NCBI RefSeq assembly: GCF_030144855.1
Contig: NC_082712.1
Span: 80,724,001-80,788,000, forward strand
Length of the DNA: 64,000 bases
Reading direction: 5' to 3'
DNA from: Hypanus sabinus
Taxonomy: Eukaryota
Both the position numbers and the translations under genes were made by a program. The notes under the pieces were generated by a model. That model did no database searches. It had not been told where the DNA came from and worked only from the letters and a program-made list of their open reading frames with translations. This document shows positions 51,381 to 64,000 of this stretch, piece by piece. Within the stretch, counting starts at the first letter, position 1, and each line of letters starts with the position of its first letter.

Positions 51381-51730
51381 GCCTTTTATCCTTCCATCCA
51401 CCTCATTTTTATAACGGGCGGCGGTGGTGGGTGAGAGAGAAAGGGGGCGGCGGTCGGGCGAGGGAGGAGGCCGTGCGGCCTGCTCCGGCGGGGAGGGGGG
51501 CAGAGGGAGAGGCCGCCGCCGCCCGCCCCCGGCGCGCTGCTTCCCCTGCCCGGCCTCTACACCTGACACTGGGCGCCTGACTTACGTCTCCCGCCTCTGT
51601 TCCCCCTCCTCCTCCTCCTCCTCCTCCCCCTGCTCGGGGACGCAATGCGTGAGGATTGACGGAGGGAGACGGGAGAGCTGACGCACGGCAGGCCCACACA
51701 GGCCTTTGTTCCCCCTCCCCAGCCGCCTTC
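51160..51730 (-). promoter_or_regulatory. nyap1: CpG island / probable nyap1 promoter
   Basis: Only CpG-dense non-coding stretch in the window. GC boxes (gggcgg 51416-51450), minus-strand TATAAAA at 51413-51407, two TGACG half-CRE motifs near 51657 and 51679. Lies upstream of the first coding exon. Confidence 0.7.
51586..51700 (-). other. nyap1: Candidate alternative first exon of nyap1
   Basis: Consensus donor GAC|gtaagt at 51586 within the CpG island. Start not determinable. Confidence 0.4.
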
Positions 51731-52002
51731 TCCCTCATCTTTTACACCCTCCTCCTCCATCACCATCATCGATATATTCACCTTCCGCCTTCCTCATCCG
51801 CATCCTCCTCCTTCCTCACCTGAACCATCTTCCCTTCTCCTCCCTCATCTCTAAACATTCTCCATCATCATCTTCCTCTCCCTTATCTGCCTCACCTGTA
51901 ACACCTGTTATCCTTATTCCGCATCTCTAACATCCTCCCTCCTTATCTATTTCTATTATCCATAACCCATTTCATCAACCACTTTCCTCAAACTCATCCT
52001 TC

Positions 52003-52105
52003 TCCTCCCTCATCTGTAACATCTTCCCTCCTCCTCCCTCACCTGTAACATCTTCCCTCCTCCTCCCTCACCTGTACCATCTTCCCTCCTCACCTCTAAC
52101 ATCCT
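52003..52105. repeat. 29-bp tandem repeat within a pyrimidine tract
   Basis: Unit ctgtaacatcttccctcctcctccctcac, ~3 copies, with further degenerate copies nearby. Confidence 0.8.
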
Positions 52106-53524
52106 CGATCAGCCACATCATCATCTTCATCCTGCCTCATTGGTATCCCCTCCTCGTTCCATGTCTGTATCATCTTTCCTTCTCCCCCCCACACTCATTC
52201 CTCACCTGTATCAATCTTCTTCCCCCCTCGATTATCTGTATGATCTTCCTCCCTCATCTGTAACATCCTTCACCCCCTCCTATTTTTGTTGGCTAGGGGA
52301 AGAAGCACTTTATTAATCAATTACCCACCCCACCACCTTCCTGCCCCAGTATCTGGGAAATGGGTTTGCGATTGGGAGGAAGGAGATGAGTGGCAGGGAG
52401 GAGTTTTGGAGGTCAAGGCGCCAGTGGCTGAGGATGGAGAGATGCAGTGACAGCAAATGATGGAACAGGTGGACGAGAGGCAGGGCAGAAGTGTGGAATG
52501 GTAATGGGGCTGGGTAGGTAAGGTGTGGGGGGGTGTTCTTTGGCGTGACAGAAGGGGAAGGGGAAAGTGGAGGAGGATTGAGGGACAGAGCACAGAGTGA
52601 GTGAGGAAGGGATGGATGGGGAAGGGAAGTAGGCAGGGCGGTCCAGAGAGGAATGGACAGGGTAGAAGGGAAATGAGGAGGGAAGGAGGGTGAGAAGAGA
52701 GGACGGAGGAACAAGGAAGAGAGAAGGGAATGGCGGGACTGGTGACAGGGATGTGTGAGGGGGGATGGGTCAAAGAAGAGGGGATAGGGGAGGGTTGAGG
52801 GAGAGGGGAAGGGATGAGGAGGAGGGGTAGAGGAAGAGGCAAGGAGGGAGGAGTAGAAGAAAGGTCCAGGGGAGGGGAAGAGGTGAGGAGGAGGAGGTAG
52901 GGGGAGGGTCAAGGGAGAGGGGAAGGGGTGAGGAGGAGGGGAATGGGGAGGGGCAAATTCAAGGAGGAGGGGCTACAGCAAAGTTCGAGGGTAGAGGAAG
53001 GGTTGAGAGGGCGAGGGTCGAGGTGGAGGGGAAGAATTGAGGAGCAGAAGAAGGTTTGAGAGGAGGGAAGGGGTTGAGGAGGAGGGAGGGAGGGAGCTAG
53101 GGAGAGAGCAGAGTGTCTTCACTCAGTGGTCCCACCCGCAACCGTTCAGCCGGGGAATTGTGGGGGAGAGAGCCACGGGTCTCTGGCTCCCTGCTGTATC
53201 TTTAACCTGTTCTGGAGAAAGCAAATCTCTGCTTCTCTACAGCCATCCTCAGGACCCGTGATTCACCACCTCCCTTCCCGCTCCCCACCCTCCCTTGCTG
53301 CTTGTATAATCGAATCGACCTGACCTGCCAGGACGACCTCCGCCTTCTCTGAGTACTGTTTAACCCCTTGATGTCTGGAATGTGCAAGCAGTTTTGCATA
53401 ATGTTGGGACTGTTATAGAGAGAGCTTGAAAGGGACTGTTTGTTATCCGTGGTTCCCTATTTCAACATTAACCACTGCCTCCCGATTAATCCTGAAGCAT
53501 GACAAAATCTGCATTCATAGTAAT

Positions 53525-53745
53525 GCACACACAATGCTGGAGGAACTCAGCAGGCCAGGCACCGTCGATATGGAAGAGTAAACAGTCAATGTTTCAGGCA
53601 GAGACTCTTCAACAGGACTGGGAAGAAAGATGAGAAGTTAGAGCAAGAAGGTGGGGGGTGGGGAGGAAGAAATATAAGGTTGTAGGTGATAGGTGAAACC
53701 GGGTGGTGGGGGGGGAGAGTGAAGTAAAGAGCTGGTAAGTTGATC
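53525..53745 (-). mobile_element. Penelope pLTR fragment with mutated hammerhead (53583-53621)
   Basis: Minus strand ccagtcCTGTTGAagagtctctgcctGAAAcattgactg; stem I cagtc/gactg intact. Confidence 0.7.
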
Positions 53746-53794
53746 CCAACAGATGCCCCGTCTAGTCTGGGGTCTGCAAGAGTGTGAGAAAGTA

Positions 53795-54575
53795 CCATAG
53801 AACCTTAGAACATTACAGCACAGTACAGGCCCTTCAGCCTTCCATGTTGTGCCGACCCATATAATCCTTAAAAAAGTACTAAGCCCACACTACCCCATAA
53901 CCCTCCATTTTTCTTTCATCCATGTGTCTGTCCAAGAGGCTCTTAAATACCCCTAATGTTTTAGCCTCCACCACCATCCCTGGCAAGTCATTCCAGGCAC
54001 TCACAACCCTCTGTGTAAAAAACTTACCCCTATGTTTCCCCTAAACTACCCTCCCTTAATTTTGTACATATGCCCTCTGGTGTTTGCTATTGGTGCCCTG
54101 GGAAACAGGTACTGACTATCCACCCTATCTATGTCTGTCATAATCTTGTAGACCTCCTATCAAGTCCCCTCTCATTCTTCTACACTCCAAAGAGAGAAGT
54201 CCCAGCTCTGCTAACCTTGCTTCATATGACTTGTTCTCCAAACCAGGCAACATCCTGGTAAATCTCCTCTGCATCCTCTCCATAGCTTCCACATCCTTCC
54301 TATAATGAGGTGACCAGAATTGAACAATATTCTAAGTGCGGTCTCACCAGAGATTTGTAGAGTTGCAACATGACCTCTCTACTCTTGAACTCAATACCCC
54401 TGTTAATGAAGTCTAGCATCCCATAGGCCTTCTTAACTACCCTATCAACCTGCGCAGCGACCTTGAGGGATGTATGGATTTGAACCCCAAGCTCCCCTTG
54501 TTCAACCACACTCTTAAGTAACTGACCATTAATCCGGTATTCAGTTTTCTGGTTTGTCCTTCCAAAATGCAGTAG
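53795..54575 (-). mobile_element. CR1 3' fragment
   Basis: ORF 54300-54602 LHFGRTN...VVKKAYGMLDFINRGIEFKSREVMLQLYKSLVRPHLEYC. Confidence 0.88.
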
Positions 54576-56044
54576 TGCTAAGTCCAGAATTCGATTCGCC
54601 ATCAGCCAAGATCCGTGGCATTGGATTTGAAATTTCTAAGTGTTTTTTTTCCCCTCTTCTCACCCTAGCAACTTTCTGGGTGAGAGAGTCCCAGATCATC
54701 CACAGTCTTTCTAAAGAAATGCTTTGAAGGCACAAGAGGGGTCAACATAGAAATGATATAGAATATAGAAATGATAATAAGGTGGGTGAGTGGTTATACC
54801 CCCTTCTCCTTGCTGTGATTGGGCAGGAGGTGCAGAAGCCTGAGGTCCCACACTAGCAGGTTCAGGAACAGCTACTTCCTTACAGCCATTAGGTTCTTGA
54901 ACCAACCTCAGAACCCTAACCCTACCTCAGCAACAGAACACTCCAGGCCACCTCTTGCACAACTACGGATTTGCCCTGTTTTGCTCTTCACAATCTTATA
55001 TAATTTACACTCAGTGGGTCACTTTATTAGGGTGACAGGGTGGAGATTCGTCTCTACCAATGGAGGTGTAAGGTGCTCCTTCCCTTTGCTAGCCTGCAGG
55101 TCGCCCTTGTGCAAGGTGTAGTGCCCCCCCCCCCCCACCACCGATCAAGGTCCCGTGAAGCCACAGGAGCAGGTGGTGGGTGCTTGTATGAGCATCTGGT
55201 GCATGTCACAACAACTGGTTATGTAACCACTGACATCAGGCAGACAATCTCTGAAGAGTATTGATAATGGCTGGGGTCACCCGTCTTGTAAAGACACTGT
55301 CCAGAAGAAGGCAATGGCAAACCACTTGTGTAGAAAAATTTGCCAAGAACAATCATGGTCATGGAAAGACCCTGATCACCCATGACATATGACATGGCAT
55401 GCAATGATGATGCTGATGATGATAATGTTCTAATATGGAGACCCAAACTAGGCACAGTGCCCAGGTATGATGCAATCAAGGATCACAATGGCTACCAGAA
55501 CCTTGGATAGTTTATGTCTGTATTAGTGTTGTAGTCATACAGCACAGAAACAGGCTTTGCGTATCTCCACCTCCATGCTGACTTTGCAGTATCCACCCTC
55601 ACTAGCCCCATGTACCTGCTCTATAGCCCAAATTCTGGTGATTTAAGTGCTCATCCAGATTTGCTTTAAATGCTGTGAGAGTTTCTGCCTCCCTTACCCC
55701 CAGTGTTTCAGATTCCACATATCCCTTGTGAGAATAAAGATCTCTTCCTCAGATCCCGTCTAAACCACTTACTCCCCATCTTAAACCTCTGGCTTCTGGT
55801 CTTGGATACCACTGCCACGGAGAAAAGCTCCCGATAATCTACAGCACATTGCCTCTTCTGATTTTCTACATGTCTATTAGGTCTATCCTCAAACCCCTCC
55901 ACTCCATGGAAAACAGACCTGGCCTTACTCAGTCTCTTCCCAAAAATGATCGGTTAACTATGAATATGCTGGAAGAACTCAGGGGGTAAGGCAGCATTTG
56001 TGGAAGGAAATGGGTTGAGGGGGCAAGATCGTCCCTCTGGTGTC

Positions 56045-57985
56045 AGAATCAGAAACAACATCAGAATCAGGTTTATAATCACTGGCATTTGTTGTGAGAT
56101 TTGTTTACTTAGCAGTAGCAGTCCAATGCGGTACATAATATAGAAGAAAAATAATAATAAAAAAGTAAATCAATTACAGTATATGTATATCGAATAGATT
56201 AAAAATCATCCAAAAAACAGAAATAATATATATTTAAAAAGTGAAGTTGTGTTCAAGACTTCGATGTCCATTTAGGAATTGGATGGCAGAGGGGAAGAAG
56301 CTGTTCCTGGATCGCTGAGTCTGTGCCTTCAGGCTTCTGTACCTCCTCCCTGATGGTAACAGTGAGAAAAGGGCAAGCCCTGGATGCTGGAGGTCCTCAA
56401 TAATGGACACTGCCTTTCTGAGACACCGCTCCTTGAAGATGTCCTGGGCACTTTGTAGGCTAGTACCCAAGATGGAGCTGACTAAATTTACAACCCTTTG
56501 CAGCTTCTTTTGGTCTTGTGCAGTAGCCCCACCCCACCCCCCTCCCACACCCAGACAGTGATGCAGCCTGTCAGAATGCTCTCCACAGTACATCTATAAA
56601 AGTTTTTGAATGTACTTGTTGACACACCAAATATCTTCAAAGTATAGTCGCTGTCTTGCCATCTTTATAACTGCATCGATATGTTGGGACCAGGTTAGAT
56701 CCTCAGAGATCTTGACACCCAGGAACTTGAAACTGCTCACTCTCTCCACTTCTGATCGCTATACGAGGATTGGTATGTGTTCCCTCATCTTAACCTTTTG
56801 GAAGTCTTATTCTTCATCTTACTGATGTTGAATGCCAGGTTGTTGCTGTGACACCACTCCACTACTTACATAGATACATAGAAAACCTACAGCACAATAC
56901 AGGCCCATCAGCCCACAAAGGTGTGTCGAATGTGTCCTTACCTTAGAACTACCTAGGCTTACCCATAGCCCTCTATTTTTCTAAGCTCTGTGTATCCATC
57001 CAGGAGTCCAGCAGCCCATTCTACACACTCACCACTCTCTGCGTAAAAAAACTTACCCCTGACATCTCCTCTGTACCTAATTCCAAGCACCTTAAAACAA
57101 TGCCCTCTCGTGCTAGCCATTTCAGCCCTGGGAAAAAGCCTCTGACTATCCACACAATCAATGCCTCTCATTATCTGGTACACCTCTATCAGATCACCTC
57201 TCATCCTCTGTCGCTCCAAGGAGAAAAGGCCAAGTTCACTCAACCTATTCTCATAAGACATGCTCCCCAATCCAGGCAACATCCTTGTAAATCTCCTCTG
57301 CACCCTTTCTATGGCTTCCACATCCTCCCTGTAGTGAGGTGACCAAAATTGAGCACAGTACTCCAAGAGTGGGGTCTGACCAGGGTCCTATATCACTGCA
57401 ACATTATTCCTCAACTCCTAAAGTCAATCCCACGATTGATGAAGGCCAATGCATTGTATGTCTTCTTAATTACAGAGTCAACCTGCATAGCAGCTTTGAG
57501 TGCCCTTAGGACTCAGACCCCAAGATCCCTCTGATCCTTAGTTGGCATATTTCGCTCCTGTGTGCCCTCTCATCACCACCTGAGATTCTATCGACATTGG
57601 TTGTATCATCAGCAAATTTATAGATGGTATTTGAGCTATGCCTAGTCACACACTCATGGGTATATAGAGGTGCACCAGTGTTGATTGTCATCGAGGAGAT
57701 GTTATCACCAATCTGCACTGATTGTGGTCTTCAGGTTAGGAAGTTAGGAAGGTTGAGGATCCAATTGCAGAGGGAGGTAAGGAAGTCCAGGTTCTGCAAC
57801 TACTCAATCAGGATTGTGGGAATGATGGTATTAAATGCTGAGCTATAATCAATGAACGGCATCCTGATGTAGGTGTTTGTGTTGTCCAGGTGGTCGAAAG
57901 CCATGAGGAGAGCCTTTGCATCCACCGTTGACCATCTCTCAAAGCATTTCATCACTGTAGATGTGAGTGCTACTGGGTGATAGTC
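56045..57985 (-). mobile_element. Rex1/Babar-like LINE with nested CR1 3' fragment (56865-57540)
   Basis: YKFADDTT (57506-57718), LLPSGRRYRSL (56234-56593), (ctgatt)n tail. Nested ORF 56959-57366 closely resembles the CR1 at 17060-17500. Confidence 0.85.
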
Positions 57986-58959
57986 ATAGTCAGAACTTGG
58001 GGCTAAGCAGGTGCTACATCTCGCCCAAGGGGGACCTGCAGGCTAGCGGAGGGAAGGAGTACCTTGCACCTCCTTTGGTGGAGACACATCTGTACCCTGC
58101 CACCCATTGTATTAGAACACAGAACATAAGCTGTACATCACAGGACAGGACTTTTGGACCATGATATTGTGCCAAAATAATTAAACCAAATGACTCCCAA
58201 TTAAGCATCCCTGTTCATTGACCATATCCCTCCCTTCTCTGCACATCCACGTGCCTAAAATGTTCCTTTACTGTTTGCCTCTACCGCCACCCCCACAACT
58301 CTCCATGTAAAAATAAACTTACCCTGTACATTTCTTTTGTACTTTCCCCCCTCGCAGCTTAAATACATGCCTCTGCTACTATACATTTCAAACCCGGGGG
58401 AAAAGATCTTGTTGTCTATTTGTGCTTGCAGAGTTTTTATGTCAAATCTCCCCTTGGCCTTTGCCACTCTAGGGAAAGTCCCAGCTCGTCCAACCTCTCC
58501 TCATAGCACATGTCCCCCAAGCCAAACAGCAGCATAATAGGGTCAGAGAAAACTTAATAGGGTCAGAGGGTCAGAAACAGGCCCTTCGGCCCATTTAGTC
58601 AAACCAAGAGATTCTGCAGATGCTGGAAATCCAGAGCAACACACACAAAATGCTGGAGGAACAGGTCAGGCAGCAAATATGGAAAGTAATAAACAGTTGA
58701 CATTTTGGGCCAAGACCCTTCTTCATAGTAAATGGTCTCTGGTGCTCTGTGCTAAACCCTTTATATCCTTACTGTAATGAAGTGACTAGATTTGAACAAA
58801 ATACTCTATATGTGGCCTATCTGGATAATTATAAAGCTGGTAGTATAACTTCCTGGCTCTTGAACTCAGTGCCATTATACGTCCTTTTCACTGACCTGTC
58901 GTGTGAACCATTGCTTGTGGCGTGTGAGCAAGAGATTTGAAAAGTGAGCAGGGCTGGTC

Positions 58960-60790
58960 AGGACATTCAGTGGGCTCAAGATCATTGGGCAATTAGGCAA
59001 TTGTCAAGAGCCAGTAAAAAGAAGTTAGGTTTAAGTGGAGCGGTCATTGTTGGAATGGGACATTGTTGGCGTGGGGAGCTTGAGGCTTCAGCGAGAGGAG
59101 GCAGAGGTTAAGGTGAGTTATTGGAAGTTTCTTTCTTATTGCAGAATTAAAGCAGTGAGAATGACAGTTAATGCTCCTCTTGTAAGGTGTGAGATCTTCA
59201 GTGCCTCATAACTACTCCTGTAGAAAGTGCATCCAGCTGCAGCTTCTTACAGACTTTGATAGGGAGCTGGAGTTGGATCATTGGGGAAGCTGAGGGGTTG
59301 ATTATCAGGCGATACAGGGGAGGTATCTACACCTAAGTTGCAGGACACAGGCAACTGGGTTACCATCAGAAGAGGAAAAGAGGATAAGTGGAGTATCCTT
59401 GTGCTATTCCTCATGAAGAAGTGTACTGCTTTGGATACTGTTGGGAAACCTATGACCTATCACAGAAGCCTCTTGACCGAAAGCTTCATGCTCCCCAATC
59501 TAACCCTGTCACATTCCACCAATGACTGCTCTCACAATGGGCGTCTACTTCAGTCAGGCGTCTGGCACTGAGTCTGTCTCTGTGAGTCAGAAGGGAAAGA
59601 CAGAGGGATGGGGGGAGGGGAGAAGAGGAAAGCTGTAGTGTTCATTGGTTAGGAGAACAGAAAGGAAGTTCTGTGGAAGAGAACAAGATTCCCAGATGGT
59701 ATGTTGTCTCCCGGGTGCCAGGGTCAGGGACATCTCAGATCGAGTCCTTAGCATTTTTAAAGGAGAGGGTGAGCAGCCAGAGATGGTGGGTCATTTTGGT
59801 ACTAAAGCCACAGGTAAGAAGGGTGACAAGGTCTTGCAAAGTGTGTTCAGGGAGTTGGGTACTGAGGACCTCCAGGATTGCTACCTGTACCATGTGCTAT
59901 TGAGACCAGACATTGCAAGATCATGCAGTTTCCCAACATGTGTCTAAGGAATTGGTATGGGGGGAGGGCGACAGATTTTAGGATCATTGGGCTGTCTTAC
60001 AAGGAAGGAGGGATCTGTATAAATGATAATCGGGTTAGTTCGCACTTGAACTGGAGGGGGACTAACATCCTAGTGGGAAGGTTTGGTAGTGCTGAAGGTA
60101 GTGGGATGGTGGGGGAGGGGGGGTAAACTAGAGTTTCAGGAGGATGGGAACCAGAATGCCAGGGCAGATAATGGAGTGATTGTGGGGAAAGACGTTAAGC
60201 CTACATAACAGACAGGAAGCAAAAGCTTGAGCATAGAGAGAAGAATCTTGAACTGTGGATACTTCAAGGAGTATCGTAGGAAAGGCAGATGAGCTCGGGG
60301 CAGTGCTCATACAGGACAGACTGGGGAGTTCTTCTACTGAGGTACTATGAATGGAACTGAGGGATGACCACGTTAATCAGGTTATATTGTGGACCACCCA
60401 ATAGTCAGTGGGATTTAGAGGAGCAAACTGGTGGAGCAGACAGTTGCAAGAAAAATAAAATTGTGCTAGGAGGTGATTTTAATTTGCCACATATTGACTG
60501 GGACTCCCATGCCGTAAAAGGACTGGATGGGATAAAGTTGTCAAGTGTGTTCAGGGAAGGTTCCTTCATCAATATATGGTTAAAAGGAAGAAGGTGCATT
60601 GCAGGTATAGGCAGCAAGGAGCTCATGAGGTGCTTGAGGTTTTCAGAGAGGTTTGTATAGTTGCATCAATAGGAGGGTATGGAAGGCTATGGTCTGGGTG
60701 TGGGTAAATGGAACGTGGCAGAATAACAGTTTGGCATAGACTAGATGGGCCGAAGACCCAGTTTCTGTGTTGTGGTGCTCTGTGACTGTG
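58960..60790 (+). mobile_element. Highly decayed CR1 (ORF1 esterase, start of ORF2, 3' tail)
   Basis: FCGREQDSQMVCCLPGARVRDI, HLNWRGTNIL, GDFNLPHIDW. Confidence 0.8.
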
Positions 60791-63401
60791 TTTTCACCAG
60801 TGGCAGATTGTTGAATGAGCAGAACACAGTTACAGGATGAGGGAATGGTCATTTGAGGTACGTAGAAACCTTTCCTCTCAGAGGGTGATAAATCTCTGGA
60901 ATATTTGAAAGTGAGCAATTGAGGAGGATGGGGAATAACATAGAAGAGGAGTTGAGATCAGCCTAGCAGTTGTGGAATAGTGGGACAGACAATATTCTTG
61001 CTACTTTCCTGTGTTCTTGTTAAAAGTTCACAGTAAATTTTATTATCAAAGTACATATATGTCACCATATACTACCCTGAGATTCATTTTTGTGGGCATA
61101 CTTAATAAACCCATCAAATTATGACCATAACAGAATCACTGAAAGTCTGCCCAACCAAGGTGCTCAACCAGAGGGCAGAGGACACAAACTGTGCAAGTAC
61201 AAGAAGAAGAAATAATAATAATATTAAATAAATAAGCAATATTATTTAATGCTCATCAAGAATGTTTGGTGAAGAGTCCTTGAACGTGAGTCCATTGGTT
61301 GGTGGAACATTTCAAAGGTGGGACCAAGTGAAACTGAGTGAAGTTATCCCATTTTGTTCAAGACCCTGTTTCTGAACCTGTTGGTGTGAGTCCTGTACCT
61401 TCTACCTTCAAGGTGTACCTTGCACATCAGAACCTCTCCTTGTTCTGGTCTGTTCTCTCCAGAGCTGAACCCTTGGATAGGTTATGTCTATGTTAAACTG
61501 TATTCAGGGCATCTCCAATCCTCTCAACTTTGCTGAGATCTAGTATTTATCCCTCAAACCATTCATGGTGCTCTCTCATTTGTCCTTTTCTAGATTTCCC
61601 AATCCCTCTCTGCATTGACTACACTCCTAAGTCTCAGGATGCATTGCAAAGTTCCTAGCCACAGCTCTGATCTCCCTATTCAAATCATTTGCAGGCCTTA
61701 ACCCACACTTTCCTGCCACTCATCTTTCATGATGTTTATCTGGATCCTCTACTGTATACCCTTGATAGTGGGAAAGCTGGTGCCACTGATGTTTTTGGAA
61801 GTTTTGATTACTCTTCCTAGTTTGTACAATCATCTGTTTGACTGTAAATGTTCAGTGGATCTTTAGTCATTTGTAGTATAGTCGGTTCTGTATTTTTTGT
61901 AGTTCCTCTGGAGCCTGTATCATGCCATAAATCGAATTGTCTCATAGGCTGTCCTTATCAAAGGAATTTCCTTATCTGTCTAGTTTTCAGTAAAAACAAG
62001 ACCACAGCTTCTTTCTTCTTTGTCTTTCCTTGTCTTTTGGCTAAGGTACCTTCTTTGTTATCGTTATTTCTTCATTATGAGCCATAACCACAACCAGAAG
62101 AACTGGAAGAAGATGATGCCAGTGAACAACGTGACCATGGACATTCCCCAGATGGTCCATGAAGCTGCCTCTATCGCTTTTTTAACACTTTCTTTTTCTT
62201 TTAACTGTGGTTCTGCCACTGTTGGAGCCTGTGATCTACAGTTTGATGGTGTGTTTTCGGGCCAATTGAGCTTTGCTGTCTCTGAGAAGATTCTGGGTGA
62301 CGAGCAGCCTTGAGGCAAAGAAGCTTAGAGCCCATGATTGAGTCCATTTCTCGCCAATCTCACTGATTAAGGTGTCAAGGAAGACTGAAAGCATTGAGGC
62401 GAATGTGGAGGGCTAGTGAGTGTTCAGCCTCTCACTCGTTGCTGCTGGAGGAGCGTGCCTGCATGTGATGGTCTCTTACTTCCTCTCACTCACTGCTCCT
62501 GAGGGCAGGCCCCTGCGTTCGAATGGTCTCTCTCTCTCCTTCGATACTGTGGGAGGATGGTGCCAGAGTTCTGGGTCTGAGGTTTAAGGATCAGACTGTA
62601 GCTCCTTTTTCTGTTGCTAATTTGTTATGTTTGGGTGACTTTGAATCGGTGTGGCCTGCAGATAATGAACACTAAGCTGAATTAAATATGGACCCTTCCG
62701 ATTTTGTGTTTCATGTTGTGTCTTCGCTTGTTCTTTCTTGTTACCATTTGCGGGATTTGGTTTTTTTTGCACATAGGGGTGGCGTTTGATGTTTATTCTT
62801 TGAACAGTTTCCATGGTTTTTCTTTGTTTCATGGCTGTCCGTGGGGAAGACGAATATCAGAGTTGTGTACTACATATATACTTTGATAATAAATGTACTT
62901 CGAATCCTTTGAAGATTTACGCCTCATTCTTGACTTCTGAACAACCTTCTTGACAGTATCCTTTCTAGGTCTAACCTACAGCATGGAAACAGATCCTTCT
63001 CCCAACTGATCTGTGCCGATCCATTTACCCAACTGAGCTTGTTCCATTTGTGGTCATAGAGTCGTACAGCACAGAAACAGGCCCTTCGGCCCACTTGATC
63101 AATGCCGACAAAGATCTACCATGATCTTATTGAGTGGGGATAAAGGGGATGAATGGTCTCACTTGCTCCTCTCTCTCATAAACTCCTATAAATACAGAAG
63201 GTGTTTTGGCTATTTGTTGGATCAGGGAGGCAGCATCTGCACAGAGAGAGAGAGAGAGAGGGACAGAGACCTTTCATCAACTCAGTCAGCCAAAAGCATT
63301 AAAAGCTGCTTCCTGACCTGCTGAATATCTTCTTCACAACTCACTATGTCTTTTTTTCTCTTTTTGTACTACTTATTTAATTTAACTGTTTAAAATATAT
63401 A

Positions 63402-63468
63402 CAGAACTGTGTAAAAGTCTTGGGCACATTTATATAGCTAGGGTGCCCAAGACTTTTGCACAATACTA
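63402..63468. mobile_element. Tc1/mariner mini-element consisting only of TIRs
   Basis: TA-cagaactgtgtaaaagtcttgggcac...gtgcccaagacttttgcacaatacta-TA hairpin. Confidence 0.75.
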
Positions 63469-64000
63469 TAGTAATTTTATGTATTCCACTGTACTGTGGC
63501 CACAAGCAAAAATAAATTTCATGACATATGTAAGCGATGATAAACCTGATTCTGATATGGGTCTCTGTTGTGGACTGAGAATGAGAAGGGGGCAGGGAGA
63601 GGGGATCATGGTTGGGAAAAGGGGAAGGAGTAGGAAGCACCAGAGAGACATAAAACATAGAACATAGCATAGTACAGCACAGTACGGGCCCTTCGGCCCA
63701 AAATGTTGTGCCGACCCTTAAACCCAGCCTCCCATATATCCCCCCCCACCTTAAATTCCTCTATATACCTGTCTAGTAGACATCCTGTGATGATCAATGA
63801 ACCAATTGTTTGGAATCAAATGAACCTGCCAGGTGTTTCAGAGCTGGGTGTGTCTGCACCCATGCGACCCGTCCCTGGCACTCTTCTGACACCCATACCC
63901 CTCCCGTGGCAGTCCACCCTTACCATTCCTAGCAACGTTTGCTCCCGGCAGATTTGCTAATTTGTTCTCCACTTCACGCTGATGAATACAGTACTGTGCA

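Noticed and set aside
52313-52912. 199-aa and 173-aa Pro/Ser/Leu-rich ORFs
   Set aside because: Products of a low-complexity pyrimidine strand that lacks stop codons; same for ORFs at 30064-30457.

Overview
Vertebrate genomic DNA, most likely from a cartilaginous fish (batoid/ray-like repeat landscape: CR1/HER1, V-SINE/HE1, Rex-Babar, Penelope-like, Tc1, BEL/Pao, 52-bp elasmobranch minisatellite). One host gene is present, on the minus strand: nyap1 (neuronal tyrosine-phosphorylated PI3K adaptor 1). It has a CpG-island promoter at ~51.2-51.7 kb, two candidate non-coding first exons, and five phase-consistent coding exons (36444-36245, 30140-29851, 25608-24292, 11614-11453, 8133-8024; 2079 nt = 693 codons). 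The terminal exon is not seen and probably lies left of the window. The rest is mostly decayed, often nested transposons, including a two-LTR BEL/Pao element with a 5-bp TSD, a near full-length CR1 carrying a Penelope-like insertion, and a Tc1 element. I found no clearly new protein-coding system. The most interesting signals are at the RNA level: minimal hammerhead ribozyme motifs scattered through the introns, inverted minisatellite blocks bracketing the start-codon exons (possible circRNA), a ~340-nt AG-free pyrimidine tract with a distant CTAAC branch point, an NYAP2-like N-terminal extension, and possible intronic polyadenylation in a sense-oriented LTR. Repeat boundaries are approximate unless a TSD or TIR is quoted. 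Family assignments and comparisons with human proteins come from recalled motifs, not database searches.
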